Shown one piece after another: positions 28,159-38,152 of a DNA stretch of 64,000 nt; the first letter of the stretch is position 1; each line of letters starts with the position of its first letter. Source of the DNA: Anaerolineae bacterium. GTDB taxonomy: Bacteria > Chloroflexota > Anaerolineae > B4-G1 > SLSP01. Below the pieces are notes generated by a model. It saw nothing but the letters and a program-made list of their open reading frames with translations, did no database searches and had not been told where the DNA came from. The DNA lies in the NCBI GenBank assembly GCA_034676805.1, contig JAXDDO010000080.1, positions 2,261-66,260 on the forward strand. The letters run 5' to 3'. A program made the translations under genes and the position numbers.

Positions 28159-30474
28159 CTAGAAGCTCGCGTGCTTCGTGCGAGCGATGATGTGGTCTTG
28201 TATCTCCTTGCTGAGAAGGCAGAACTTCTGACTGAACCCAGACACCCTGACGGCCAAGTTGCGGTACTTCTCGGGCTCAGCCTGCGCCTTGCGCAGCGTC
28301 TGCTCGCTTACCACATTGAACTGGAGCTGTCCCACGCCCTTCTGCACCGCTGTCTTGAGCAACGTCACCAGGTGATCGAGGTTCTCGGGCGCAAAGAGCA
28401 CGGGCTCGGCCTCGACGATGGCGGAGGTGCTCCCAGCAGCCATGTGCTGTGGGAGCTTGGCCAACGAGTTGATCAGCGCCGTCAGCCCCCGAAAGTCGCG
28501 ACCCTGCATCGGTGAGATGCTGTAAGCAAGGTTCTCACCAGACCGCCGCCCATCAGGCGTTGCGGCCGTACCACGACCGGCATCCACCAACCACAAGAAA
28601 GTGAAAGGCTGCGCGAAAAATGCCATCTGATAGGTATCAGACACCTCGCGCATCAACCTGCAATAATGTTCGAACACGGCTGCGGCGAGGTTATCTACTG
28701 CGTCATCGTCGTTCCCGTACTTCGGCGCACGGTTCAGCATTGCCTGTCGTAGACTCTCATCGGGGTAGTCCTGCGCCATCTGAGAGACGAGTTCCTTCAG
28801 ACTGAGCTTCCCGTCGCAGAACACAAGTTGCTCGATGGCAGCCAGCGAATCGGCAACGTTGGGGATACCCATGGGCATCGACTCGTGGTAATCGTAGGTT
28901 GCGCCCCGATCGTTGATGTCCCGCCCGTTTGCCAGGCATCCCTCCGTCAACAGAGACTTGTAGGGCAACGGGTCGATCAGCCGCTGGGCCATGGCAAGCC
29001 GCACCGTCTCGCGGCACATCTCGTGGACGAAATACGTGACTTGCTTCTCGTAGGCCGCAATGATCGCGGCGAGGTCGACCATGTCGGCGGGACCGCCCGT
29101 CTCCGGACCCAGCTGCTCGCCGGTAGTCATACTGCGACCGTCATTCAAAGCCAGCTCCAGGCACTTGAGCAGGTTGATGCGGTTACTGACGGCGTGAGGA
29201 TTGGCCTTCCCCGGAATCGTGATCTCCACACAACCAATGGCCGCATAGTCGCGAGCATCGGCGATAGGGATGCCATTGTCGACCAGGGCGGGGATCAGCA
29301 CGTCATCGTTGAAGAAAAACGGGATTCCATTGCCGCAGCCCACAAGCTTCAAAGCCCGGCGGACCAATGCCGTGGGGCTGTTGTTGTGCAGCCGCACCGA
29401 CAGGCAGCGTACGAAGCCCAACGCCTCCGTCACATCCAACATCATGTAGGTTAGCTCGTTGGTGGCATCGCGTCCCTCCGTGTCGACGCCTCCCACCACG
29501 ACCTGCTGGACATCGTAGTCGCGGTAGAGCTTGATCCACAGACAACATAGAAGCTCATAGGCCTCTTCGCGCGTGAGGCGCCCGGCATCGATATCCCTCT
29601 GGTAGTAAGGGTACAGAATCTGGTCCAGCCGCCCCAGGGAGTTGGCGTTGATGCCGTCCTCCCAGGTATTGATGGTGTGCGCGAACCATAGGCTCTGCAC
29701 AGCTTCACGGAACGTTCTAGCCGGTCGCGCCGGCACCTGACGTGCCACGGCCTCCAGCTCCGCCAACTCCGCTTCCCGCACAGGATCATCGCACGATGCG
29801 CGTAGCGCACGCACCTTATCTGCATAGCGCTTTCCGATTTCCGCCGCCGCCTTCGCAACAACCAACGTGCTCTCCATCACCATTCGCGCCTGCCAGTCCT
29901 GTGCGGTGACAGGAGTTGTCGCGGCAACCTTCGAGCGTATCTCCTCAGATAGGCCGTCGAAGCCCTTTTCAAGCACGCGCGCATAGCCAATCACCGAGTG
30001 GTTGTACTGCGTTGAGTGGACCCAGAACAGTCCTTCGCGAGCTGCTCTACCCACAAGCTCCGAGCCTTCGGGCACAAAGCTAACGGTCGGCACCGCACCG
30101 GCTACTCCCTCCAGCAACGCCAACGCTTCCTCGATCTGGCCCGCCGTCAGCAGACCCCCCTCCAGATAGCGCTTGAGCCGCTCGCTGCCGGCTTCGTCCG
30201 GTCGCCACATCGTCATCTCTAGCCACTGGAGATCGTCGCCTCCGGTGAAGTTGTAACCCACCAGCAGCTCGTCCTCGTCGACCAAGGGCTCTGACTGCAA
30301 CACGACGCTCGCCAACATGTGAGCTTTACGCTGCATCCAGGGCATAGTGCGAGGGCAGGCTGCCAATCCGCGCAATGCAGGCACCAGCCGTTGCCCAATC
30401 CTCGCCTTCTGCGTTTCGTGCCAATTGAGCGCGCGCTCTCTCAACCGCACAACTCGGTCCGTCAGCTCACCCAT
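28159..30474 (-). CDS. Glycyl radical enzyme (PFL superfamily, single-Cys eliminase type), substrate unknown
   Basis: DELLVG, SLGRLDQ, GCVE thiyl loop, PKYGNDD, ATPDGR, LQFNVV, VRVSGFS glycyl motif; GGAGG RBS. Confidence 0.93.
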   Translation of the reverse strand: MGELTDRVVRLRERALNWHETQKARIGQRLVPALRGLAACPRTMPWMQRKAHMLASVVLQSEPLVDEDELLVGYNFTGGDDLQWLEMTMWRPDEAGSERLKRYLEGGLLTAGQIEEALALLEGVAGAVPTVSFVPEGSELVGRAAREGLFWVHSTQYNHSVIGYARVLEKGFDGLSEEIRSKVAATTPVTAQDWQARMVMESTLVVAKAAAEIGKRYADKVRALRASCDDPVREAELAELEAVARQVPARPARTFREAVQSLWFAHTINTWEDGINANSLGRLDQILYPYYQRDIDAGRLTREEAYELLCCLWIKLYRDYDVQQVVVGGVDTEGRDATNELTYMMLDVTEALGFVRCLSVRLHNNSPTALVRRALKLVGCGNGIPFFFNDDVLIPALVDNGIPIADARDYAAIGCVEITIPGKANPHAVSNRINLLKCLELALNDGRSMTTGEQLGPETGGPADMVDLAAIIAAYEKQVTYFVHEMCRETVRLAMAQRLIDPLPYKSLLTEGCLANGRDINDRGATYDYHESMPMGIPNVADSLAAIEQLVFCDGKLSLKELVSQMAQDYPDESLRQAMLNRAPKYGNDDDAVDNLAAAVFEHYCRLMREVSDTYQMAFFAQPFTFLWLVDAGRGTAATPDGRRSGENLAYSISPMQGRDFRGLTALINSLAKLPQHMAAGSTSAIVEAEPVLFAPENLDHLVTLLKTAVQKGVGQLQFNVVSEQTLRKAQAEPEKYRNLAVRVSGFSQKFCLLSKEIQDHIIARTKHASF

Positions 30475-30635
30475 TCCGCCCTCCGACACAAAGATCCCGG
30501 GAAAACGCGGCACTGCCATCCGGACTACCTTGGCCCTGCAGGCCAATGGACCCATGATACTTGTGGCCTGGCAAGGTCAACCGCGTGCCGTACGGCTTCT
30601 TGGTCGATCGTCACCCGACGGCCGCACATGGCGCA

Positions 30636-30663
30636 TTGACACAACTCCCAGCCGGCGTAGAAT
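30636..30663 (+). promoter_or_regulatory. Sigma70-type promoter
   Basis: TTGACA-N16-TAGAAT upstream of the M20 gene. Confidence 0.55.
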
Positions 30664-30729
30664 CGCTGTGCATTATCAGCATTGCGGCTGAGCCATTCAG
30701 CCGCTTTCCATCCAGAAGCGATGGTGACC

Positions 30730-32046
30730 ATGAACGAGTTGCCCGATCCCGTGACGTTACTCCAGACGTTGATCCGCTTTGACACCACGAACCCGCCAGG
30801 TAACGAAGGCCCGTGCATCGCCTACATCCGCGATCTGCTCGTGCACGCAGGCATCGCGACGACGCTCCTCGGCATTGACCCGAACCGTCCGAACCTCATC
30901 GCCCGCCTGCCCGGTCGCGGTGAGGCTCCGCCGATCCTGATGTATGGCCACGTCGACGTAGTCACAGCCGCGGCGCAACGCTGGACCCATCCGCCTTTTG
31001 AGGGCCTCGTGAAGGATGGCTTCATTTGGGGTCGCGGCGCCCTCGACATGAAGAGCGGCATCGCGATGATGCTGACGGCAATGCTGCGCGCCTCAGCGGA
31101 GGGCTTCCGTCCGCCAGGCGACGTGATCCTGGCAGTCGTCAGCGACGAAGAAGCCGGCAGCGATACCGGAGCGCGCTATCTCGTCGAGAACCACGCCTCG
31201 CAGTTTGACGGCGTGCGCTACGCCATTGGCGAGTTCGGTGGCTTTACCTTTCACATCGGCAACCGCGTGTTCTATCCGATCATGGTGGCCGAGAAGCAGG
31301 GATGTTGGATGAAGGCGACGCTGCGCGGTCCGGGCGGCCACGGCTCACTGCCCGTTCGCGGCGGGGCCATGGCAAAACTCGGGCAAGTTCTCACGCGCCT
31401 CGACCGAAAGCAACTGCCGGTTCACGTAACAGAGGCCGGTAGCATGATGGTTACCGCGCTGGCCGAAGGTCTGGGCGGCGCACAGGGCGCGCTGCTGAAA
31501 CTCGTGTTACAGCCTGCCGCGACCGATCTTGTACTCCGTCTCCTGGGCGAGCGCGCTAGGCTGTTCTATCCCCTGCTCCACAACACGGTGAGCCCGACGA
31601 TGGTCAGCGGGAGCGACAAGATTAACGTCATACCGGATCAGGTTGAGATAGGGCTGGACGGCCGGCTTCTGCCAGGCCAGCATCCCGAGGATCTCCTGCG
31701 GGAGTTGCGCGCCGTTCTGGGCGACGAAATGACGTTCGAGATTCTCCAGTACGACCCGGTAGAGGCTGAGCCAGACCTGGGTCTGTTCGACACGCTGGCC
31801 GACATCCTACGCGAAGCAGATCCCGGCGGCATTCCAATACCGTACCTTCTGAGCGGCATCACGGATGGCCGCTTCTTCAGCCGGATTGGCATCCAGACAT
31901 ACGGTTTCACTCCGATGCAGCTACCGCGCGATTTCAAGTTCACCGACACCGTGCATGCTGCCGATGAGCGCATCCCCCTGGAGGCGGTCGATTTTGGGGC
32001 GCGCGCCATCTATGAGCTGCTGCGACGGCTACCGTCACATCCATGA
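30730..32046 (+). CDS. M20/M25/M40 metallopeptidase/deacylase
   Basis: GHVDVV, GRGALDMKS, DEEAG, GHGS, HAADE. Confidence 0.92.
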   Translation: MNELPDPVTLLQTLIRFDTTNPPGNEGPCIAYIRDLLVHAGIATTLLGIDPNRPNLIARLPGRGEAPPILMYGHVDVVTAAAQRWTHPPFEGLVKDGFIWGRGALDMKSGIAMMLTAMLRASAEGFRPPGDVILAVVSDEEAGSDTGARYLVENHASQFDGVRYAIGEFGGFTFHIGNRVFYPIMVAEKQGCWMKATLRGPGGHGSLPVRGGAMAKLGQVLTRLDRKQLPVHVTEAGSMMVTALAEGLGGAQGALLKLVLQPAATDLVLRLLGERARLFYPLLHNTVSPTMVSGSDKINVIPDQVEIGLDGRLLPGQHPEDLLRELRAVLGDEMTFEILQYDPVEAEPDLGLFDTLADILREADPGGIPIPYLLSGITDGRFFSRIGIQTYGFTPMQLPRDFKFTDTVHAADERIPLEAVDFGARAIYELLRRLPSHP

Positions 32047-32131
32047 TCTGCAGCGGGCTAGGTGATCGCTTGGCGTCTGCCCCACCCTCGATATACTGGA
32101 AGGTGGACGAAGGCTACCCATAGGAGGGCGC

Positions 32132-32323
32132 ATGGAGAAGCAACGGTCGAAGCTGTACGCCATCGTGGCACAGAGCGTGATAGCTGGCATGGTCACTGGT
32201 TTCGCCGCTCTGGTCGCAGCGGTGTTCGCGTTCATCGAGGGTGATTGGGTAGGCACAGGCGCCTGTTTTGCTGCAGCCGCTATCGCTTTCGGGCTGGTAG
32301 CGAACGCCATGTTACGCAACTGA
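32132..32323 (+). CDS. Small two-TM membrane protein
   Basis: AGGAGG RBS, TATACT upstream, two hydrophobic helices. Confidence 0.65.
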   Translation: MEKQRSKLYAIVAQSVIAGMVTGFAALVAAVFAFIEGDWVGTGACFAAAAIAFGLVANAMLRN

Positions 32324-32629
32324 GGGCCGGCGCCGGCACTGTGCAGCTGTTCACGGCCCAAGTCCGTTTGGCCGCCCTCCAAGTGCGGAGCATTTCACCT
32401 GGGCACTGCGCGCTTGTCGCGAGTCATCGTGCCACGCCGATCGCTCCATGCGGCGGCTGTGCGGTGTGGTTGTCCTGTTCGCCAACCTCTGGCTCTCGGC
32501 ATCTAGCCCTCTACGAGGAGTGGATCGGCACCTACGATTGACCTTGCGTTCTGCTCACCTAGAATGAGGGTGCAGTACGCCTTGTGGCCCGACTAGCTGC
32601 AGGGTGTCCGAAGCAAAGGAGCGCTGTCC

Positions 32630-32977
32630 ATGCCCACAGCCAAGAACAAACCCCGGCCCGGCTATGTCACACTAATGGTGTTCACTGTGTTGATGACCCT
32701 GGGCGCCATCCTCACCGTCATTCCCGCACCTTACGCCTACACTGAGTCGCCTGCCGACTACAAATCACACTGCACCTTCGCCCCTCTGAGCACCGTGCTC
32801 AGCCTCGTAGCTGCGGGTGGCGGGTGCATCGTCCGCAACCGGCTGTTCACCACCCGCCCCCGACCGCGCCGCAGGCGGCGGACAGAGCGCTACGCGGCGC
32901 GGCGTGCTGCCCAAGCCAAACGCCAGGAGTCGAGACGCGCCCGTCGCGAGCGGCCCGACCAAGGAGCACAGGTATGA
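32630..32977 (+). CDS. Small membrane protein with YKSHCTFAP motif and Arg-rich tail
   Basis: AAGGAG RBS; TTGACC-N16-TAGAAT at 32538-32565; two TM segments. Confidence 0.65.
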   Translation: MPTAKNKPRPGYVTLMVFTVLMTLGAILTVIPAPYAYTESPADYKSHCTFAPLSTVLSLVAAGGGCIVRNRLFTTRPRPRRRRRTERYAARRAAQAKRQESRRARRERPDQGAQV

Positions 32978-33789
32978 TCGTCTTCTTCATGCTGGTGATC
33001 CTGATCCTTACGTTCACCGCTGGGGCGGAGGCGGTCGTGGCGAAGCAGCCTTACGGCAAGAGGCGAGCTGCGCTAACCGGACTGGCGATCGGCGCGTTCC
33101 TGTGGAATGCCTACCTGTACTGGCCGGCCTTCCCGGCATTCTCTATCTGCCTGATTGTCCTGGCGTTGGGACTGGGAGTCTTTCAGGCCAGGCGCGGGGA
33201 TCTTGGAAGGCTGAAACGGATGCTGAGCGCCGCTGGTATCACGCTGGTAGCCCTGCTGATTGGATGGCAGGTCGTTCTCGTCGGGATGGTCAATGCCGAG
33301 GTCGTTACGGAGACACAGATTGAAAACCCCGATGGAAGTGCCGGTACAGCGTTTGTTCTCTATCATCCCGGGCGCACAGGCTTCCAGGAACTGATCGTGG
33401 AATCGCTTGCCGAGAGTCTCACAGAGAACGGCTGGCGCGTCGAGATCACGACGGCAAGTCGTGAAGCCCCGACCAACCTGGCCTCATACGACCTCGTCGT
33501 GCTGAGCACGCCGACCTATGACTGGCTGCCCTCCCGGCGCCTTCAGCGGTATCTTGACCAACTGGAGCCGCTGAGGGGCACCCCAACGACCGCAATCATC
33601 ACAGGCGAGGGCTATACGCGTGTGGCGGAGGCGCGGATGGCGACCATGATCCGCGAGGCTGGTGGTGAGCTGATCGGGATTTACCCCGTGTGGCTGGTAG
33701 CGCCGAACGAGATGCGTTACGAATCAGGCGAGCACCCCGAGATCATGCGTGAGGTGACGGCTGACATTCTCGCGCACCTGGCGCCATAG
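32974..33789 (+). CDS. Membrane-anchored flavodoxin-like protein
   Basis: ATGA overlap and AAGGAG RBS; about 4 TMs then LYHPGRTG..YDLVVLSTPTY flavodoxin fold. Confidence 0.7.
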   Translation: MIVFFMLVILILTFTAGAEAVVAKQPYGKRRAALTGLAIGAFLWNAYLYWPAFPAFSICLIVLALGLGVFQARRGDLGRLKRMLSAAGITLVALLIGWQVVLVGMVNAEVVTETQIENPDGSAGTAFVLYHPGRTGFQELIVESLAESLTENGWRVEITTASREAPTNLASYDLVVLSTPTYDWLPSRRLQRYLDQLEPLRGTPTTAIITGEGYTRVAEARMATMIREAGGELIGIYPVWLVAPNEMRYESGEHPEIMREVTADILAHLAP

Positions 33790-33792
33790 GAT

Positions 33793-34344
33793 ATGAGACA
33801 GCCAGACCCGGCGCTCGCTGGTGCCGACGCCCAGTTGGCCCCGCCAGGCTCGGTTGCACTTAGCGGACTGATCCTTCTGCGTGCCGCGCTGGGTGGCGCA
33901 TCGGCGCTGGCTGTGCTCCACTGTCGTGAGGATCTGGCCCTCATGACACTGATCGCCGCCGTGACCTCCGATGTCCTTGATGGGTGGCTCGCTCGCTCGC
34001 TTGCGGGCCGTGGCCGGGTCAGCCCGTATGCCGATCCAGCAGCCGATTTCGTCTACGTCGCAGCCACGTTCGCAGCGTTTGCATTAGCCGGACGGCACCC
34101 ATGGTGGGTGCTGTGGTTGATCATCGGCATGGCAGCCCAGTTCGTCGCAACCTCAGGCCGGTCGGGACCACGCTACGACCCGATCGGGAAGTACTACGGT
34201 GCAGCTCTGTTCGGCGCCGTCGGCGTAAGCTTGACGTGGCCCAGCCTCGGGGCAGATCGCGTGGTTCGCGCCAGCGTCGTCGGCGCGACCGTGCTCACTC
34301 TCATCAGTCGCGTGTATATGCTAGCGAATCAGTCTGACGCATAG
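33793..34344 (+). CDS. CDP-alcohol phosphatidyltransferase family protein
   Basis: SDVLDGWLAR..YADPAAD signature. Confidence 0.8.
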   Translation: MRQPDPALAGADAQLAPPGSVALSGLILLRAALGGASALAVLHCREDLALMTLIAAVTSDVLDGWLARSLAGRGRVSPYADPAADFVYVAATFAAFALAGRHPWWVLWLIIGMAAQFVATSGRSGPRYDPIGKYYGAALFGAVGVSLTWPSLGADRVVRASVVGATVLTLISRVYMLANQSDA

Positions 34345-34359
34345 CGGAGGAGAAGCTCA

Positions 34360-35952
34360 ATGGTCGACATTCTGATACGTAATGGATGGGTCGCCGATGG
34401 CACCGGAAATCCGGCGATCCCTGCCGACGTCGCGATCGAACGTGACCGAATCGCTGCAGTGGGTAGACTGGACGGCTGCACAGCCGGTCGGGTCATAGAC
34501 GCGCGTGGCAAGATCGTGTGTCCCGGTTTCGTCGACTGCCACAGCCACAGCGATACTACCATCCTGCGCAATCCGCTGGCCCACAGCACCATCCGCCAAG
34601 GCATTACTACCGAGATCGTAGGCAATTGCGGCGACAGCCCCGCACCTCTCACCAGCATGAACCGACGCGGTTCAGACCTACTGGGTGTGGGTGGGACCGA
34701 GTCCCCTGCGTGGTCGACCTTCGGGGAGCTTCTGACGATCGTCGCTGAGACGAGAGTGAGCCCTAATCTTGCGTGGTTTGTCGGCCACAACACGCTGCGT
34801 AGTGCCGCTGGCGCCTATGGCAGCCAGATCACGGCCGAGCAGCGAGCAGCTATGCAGCGGATGTTGCTGGAGGCGCTCGACGCAGGCGCGCTGGGGCTGT
34901 CGACAGGCCTGGAGTTCGACCCAGGTCGATCCGCAACCACCGAGGAGATCGACGACCTGGCAGCGATAGTGGGCTCGCGCGACAGGTACTACGCCAGCCA
35001 CATCCGCAATCGAGCCAAGCACTTGCTCCCCGCGATCGATGAGTTCATCGGGATCGTGGCTCGCTCGGGCGCGCGCGGCCAGGTCTCGCACCTGAACGTC
35101 CGGTACAATACAGGCGCGCCAGATGGCGCCTGGGAGTGCGCGGTTGCGGCGATCGAAGAAGCACGTGGCCAAGGATTCGACATTCAGACGGACTGCACAC
35201 CCTACGTCGATGGTGGGGGAAACCCTGCGGCGATTCTGCCCCTCTGGGTTACCGAGGAAGGGCCTCAACGCGCTGCTGACTTGCTGGCGGATCCTGCCGT
35301 ACGCGCAACACTGCGCACGGACTGCGACCGCTATTGGGCCTTCATCCAACGCGGAGACTGGCACCGCGTGCGCATCGCCGGCAGCAGCCATCACCCCGAG
35401 ATCGTGGGACTGACGTTCTGTGAGATTGCCGACGTGTGGCGCCGCGATCCGTGGGACTGTCTCTTCGACCTCCTTAGCGAGAGCTTCCGCGGAGAAGGGA
35501 GCACCTCTTACATCGGTCAACTATTCACTGAAGAACACGTGGCCGAATACATCCGTCATCCGCTCTTCAGCCTCGCTGTGGACGCGACGACCGTTGCGAC
35601 CGAAGGCCCCTTGAGGCACCTCTACGCGCATCCACTGCCCTTCGCCGGGATGGTCCACTACCTGACGTACTGGGTTCGCAAGAAGGGGGTTCTCCGGCTG
35701 GAGGAGGCAATCCGGAAGATGACGAGCATGCCGGCAGCCCGCTTCGGGCTACAGGCCCGCGGTCTGCTGCGCAGCGGGGCCTTCGCTGATGTGGTTGTCT
35801 TTGACTACGCAGGCCTCGAGGATGGCGCGACGCTTGAGAATCCGGTTGTCTACTGCAAAGGGGTCGAGTTCGTGCTGGTCAACGGCGAGGTCGTGGTCGA
35901 CGGAGGTCAGCACACAGGCGCAAGACCTGGCCAGGTGCTAACGTACGCCTGA
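34360..35952 (+). CDS. N-acyl-D-amino acid deacylase (D-aminoacylase) family amidohydrolase
   Basis: PGFVDCHSHSD, QGITTEIVGNCG, SHIR, EEAIRKMTS.PA. Confidence 0.92.
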   Translation: MVDILIRNGWVADGTGNPAIPADVAIERDRIAAVGRLDGCTAGRVIDARGKIVCPGFVDCHSHSDTTILRNPLAHSTIRQGITTEIVGNCGDSPAPLTSMNRRGSDLLGVGGTESPAWSTFGELLTIVAETRVSPNLAWFVGHNTLRSAAGAYGSQITAEQRAAMQRMLLEALDAGALGLSTGLEFDPGRSATTEEIDDLAAIVGSRDRYYASHIRNRAKHLLPAIDEFIGIVARSGARGQVSHLNVRYNTGAPDGAWECAVAAIEEARGQGFDIQTDCTPYVDGGGNPAAILPLWVTEEGPQRAADLLADPAVRATLRTDCDRYWAFIQRGDWHRVRIAGSSHHPEIVGLTFCEIADVWRRDPWDCLFDLLSESFRGEGSTSYIGQLFTEEHVAEYIRHPLFSLAVDATTVATEGPLRHLYAHPLPFAGMVHYLTYWVRKKGVLRLEEAIRKMTSMPAARFGLQARGLLRSGAFADVVVFDYAGLEDGATLENPVVYCKGVEFVLVNGEVVVDGGQHTGARPGQVLTYA

Positions 35953-35990
35953 CCGGGGACCTCGATGCGCAGGTCTCCGCAACACGGGCC

Positions 35991-36977
35991 CTATCGGCCA
36001 GCCTTTCGCGAAAGCCCGTTCGCCCAAGCCCGAAGTGACTCCGGAAGGTCCTCGAAGCGCAGGGGGCGTTTCACCGGCACCGCCTCTAGCTCTGGCAACA
36101 GCTCTGCGGCCAATGCATCGGGCGATGCCGGTTCGCCCGCATCGAAGTCGAGGCTCAGGGCAGCCTCAAGCTGAGCTAGCGCCTTTGCGCCGGCCTGGGA
36201 TTCGCGCCCGGGCGCGCGCGCTGTGCGCAACTCGACCTGTGCCATCAGGAACTCATCGTGCAGGGCCTCATCGTTATCGGTTTCCTCCAGCAGCGCCAAC
36301 CCCTTGCGGGCACCGCTGAGGCCGAGCCGGGCAAGACCCAGGACAGCGAAGCCTGTGGCCATGAAATGGTAGATCCCCAGGTTGCGTGGATCGTGGCGTA
36401 TCAGGCGCGCCAGCGCCGCCAGCCCACGGTCGAGATCGCCCAACTGGAGTAGAGCGCTCGTGAAGTCGACTAGCTGGAAGACCACGTCGTCGCCGGCGTA
36501 GTAGCGCAGGTTGTGTCTCACTGCTCGGAGTAGCCAGTCCAGTGCTGCCGAATCGCCCTCGAGCAGCGCGCCCTCGGCGAGATCGCGGTAGAGCCGCTCG
36601 TACGCAAGTGCGGGACTCGCGGTGGGTGAACGCCCGGCTTCGACGAGCAGCACGGTCGCCCTTTCCTCGGCGTCCGAGGGAGCCACACCTGGCTGCGCAC
36701 TGAGCAGTATCTCGGCGATCACCGCTCGTTTGTAGTCGGTCATCGACCCCAGTTCAGCATCAGGAGCAGCGACCTGCTGCGCAGACAGCCCCTGTAGACG
36801 GTCGGTATCGAGCAACTCGACCACGAGGGCACGCTTCTGGTCGTGCGGCAGCCAGGTCACCAGTCCTTCCAGATCATCGCCGCTCAGGAAACGCCTCCGC
36901 AGCTCGTCCGCTGTTGCTTCCTCGATCTGCTGATAGCGTGTCAAGACGTGCCGTCGCGCTCCGCTAGACTGTCCCAT
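35991..36977 (-). CDS. Hypothetical helical (TPR-like) protein
   Basis: GGAGG RBS before ATG 36977; Ala/Leu-rich helical repeats. Confidence 0.55.
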   Translation of the reverse strand: MGQSSGARRHVLTRYQQIEEATADELRRRFLSGDDLEGLVTWLPHDQKRALVVELLDTDRLQGLSAQQVAAPDAELGSMTDYKRAVIAEILLSAQPGVAPSDAEERATVLLVEAGRSPTASPALAYERLYRDLAEGALLEGDSAALDWLLRAVRHNLRYYAGDDVVFQLVDFTSALLQLGDLDRGLAALARLIRHDPRNLGIYHFMATGFAVLGLARLGLSGARKGLALLEETDNDEALHDEFLMAQVELRTARAPGRESQAGAKALAQLEAALSLDFDAGEPASPDALAAELLPELEAVPVKRPLRFEDLPESLRAWANGLSRKAGR

Positions 36978-37219
36978 GGTTTCCTCCCCAATCGCGGTAT
37001 CAAGAGTGTACAGCGGAGTCGCTTCTGCGCAATGACGATCCCTGGCCTGACACACACTTGGCTGTAGGGACTGTGGACGGCAAGTTCGCAGCGAGGCTTT
37101 GGAAAGGGCGTATAATGATCTTGTGCGCCGAGTTGCGCACGGTGCGGGTGAGAGCACGACCGCGGCGTAGTCCTCGTTCGACTCGCCACCACGCCTATTC
37201 ACACGGACGGGAGATTGCG

Positions 37220-37600
37220 ATGGACAACAGACGAGACTACCGCGCACTGGGGTTCCTCAAGGTCGCGGCAACTATCTTGGCGATCATCGTGCTGCTCCTG
37301 GGAACCGCCATGATGGTGAGTCTCCTGGGCGGCGCCGCAAACGTGCCGAACCAGCTCATCGCCCTGCAGGTGCTTGGGCTCGGGCCAATCACGGACCTGT
37401 TGATCAGGCCGTTGAAGAGCGCACTCGCGACGGCTGGCATCGTGGTCTTCGTAGTGTCGCTGATCATCAGTCTGCTGTTCTATTCGGTTGGGCGCTTGTT
37501 GGGTATCGTAGCCGGCCTGGTTCGGCGCGTGACACAACTCGAGTCCACGCTAGCGACATCCGCGGAGGAGACCGGTAGCGCCTCCCCAGAACAGATCTAG
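37220..37600 (+). CDS. Hypothetical membrane protein
   Basis: TATAAT at 37111; GGGAG RBS; 2-3 TM helices. Confidence 0.6.
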   Translation: MDNRRDYRALGFLKVAATILAIIVLLLGTAMMVSLLGGAANVPNQLIALQVLGLGPITDLLIRPLKSALATAGIVVFVVSLIISLLFYSVGRLLGIVAGLVRRVTQLESTLATSAEETGSASPEQI

Positions 37601-37619
37601 TCCTCCGGTACCGCACCCA

Positions 37620-38105
37620 ATGAACAGGCATTCCCTGCTGCTGTTGACGATCATCATCGCCTCGGTCGCGTTCGGACTGGCCTGCGGCGTGCTCGGCACG
37701 CCTGGCACTCCTACCGCTGCTCCGCTCCCGACCACTGATAGGGCCGATGTGTCGCAGTATATTGTCGAGGGCAGCGTCGAGCTCGAGGACGGGCGATGCT
37801 GTGCGGGAGGCGTAGCTGGCGACACGATCCAGGTGACCGCGCGGTTCACTGCCACCAGCTCCGCCGCGCCCGTAACGGAGATGCGGGTAAGGCCTGGGAA
37901 CACCTCCTTCGACGAATCAGCGATGGATGCCGCACCGTGGCAGACCATGCTTCGCGAGCAGACCTTTCCCGTCACAGTTGTGCTGAACTGGACCGGCTTC
38001 TATGTCAGCGTCCAGTTCCGCGACGCCGACGGCAACCTGTCTCCGGTAGTCTCGGATGACATTTCGGTTGAGGGTAGCCCCCCTACCCCAACGCCGTCAC
38101 CGTAG
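37620..38105 (+). CDS. Lipoprotein with beta-sandwich domain and PT-rich linkers
   Basis: Signal peptide ending FGLAC; VQFRDADGNLS motif. Confidence 0.7.
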   Translation: MNRHSLLLLTIIIASVAFGLACGVLGTPGTPTAAPLPTTDRADVSQYIVEGSVELEDGRCCAGGVAGDTIQVTARFTATSSAAPVTEMRVRPGNTSFDESAMDAAPWQTMLREQTFPVTVVLNWTGFYVSVQFRDADGNLSPVVSDDISVEGSPPTPTPSP

Positions 38106-38152
38106 CAACGATCTCAGGCCATTGCCATCGTGCGTCCAGGATACCCACCGCC

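Noticed and set aside
28159-30474. Calling the GRE pflB or cutC
   Set aside because: Lacks the adjacent Cys-Cys of PFL and the CutC-specific loops; no microcompartment genes nearby.
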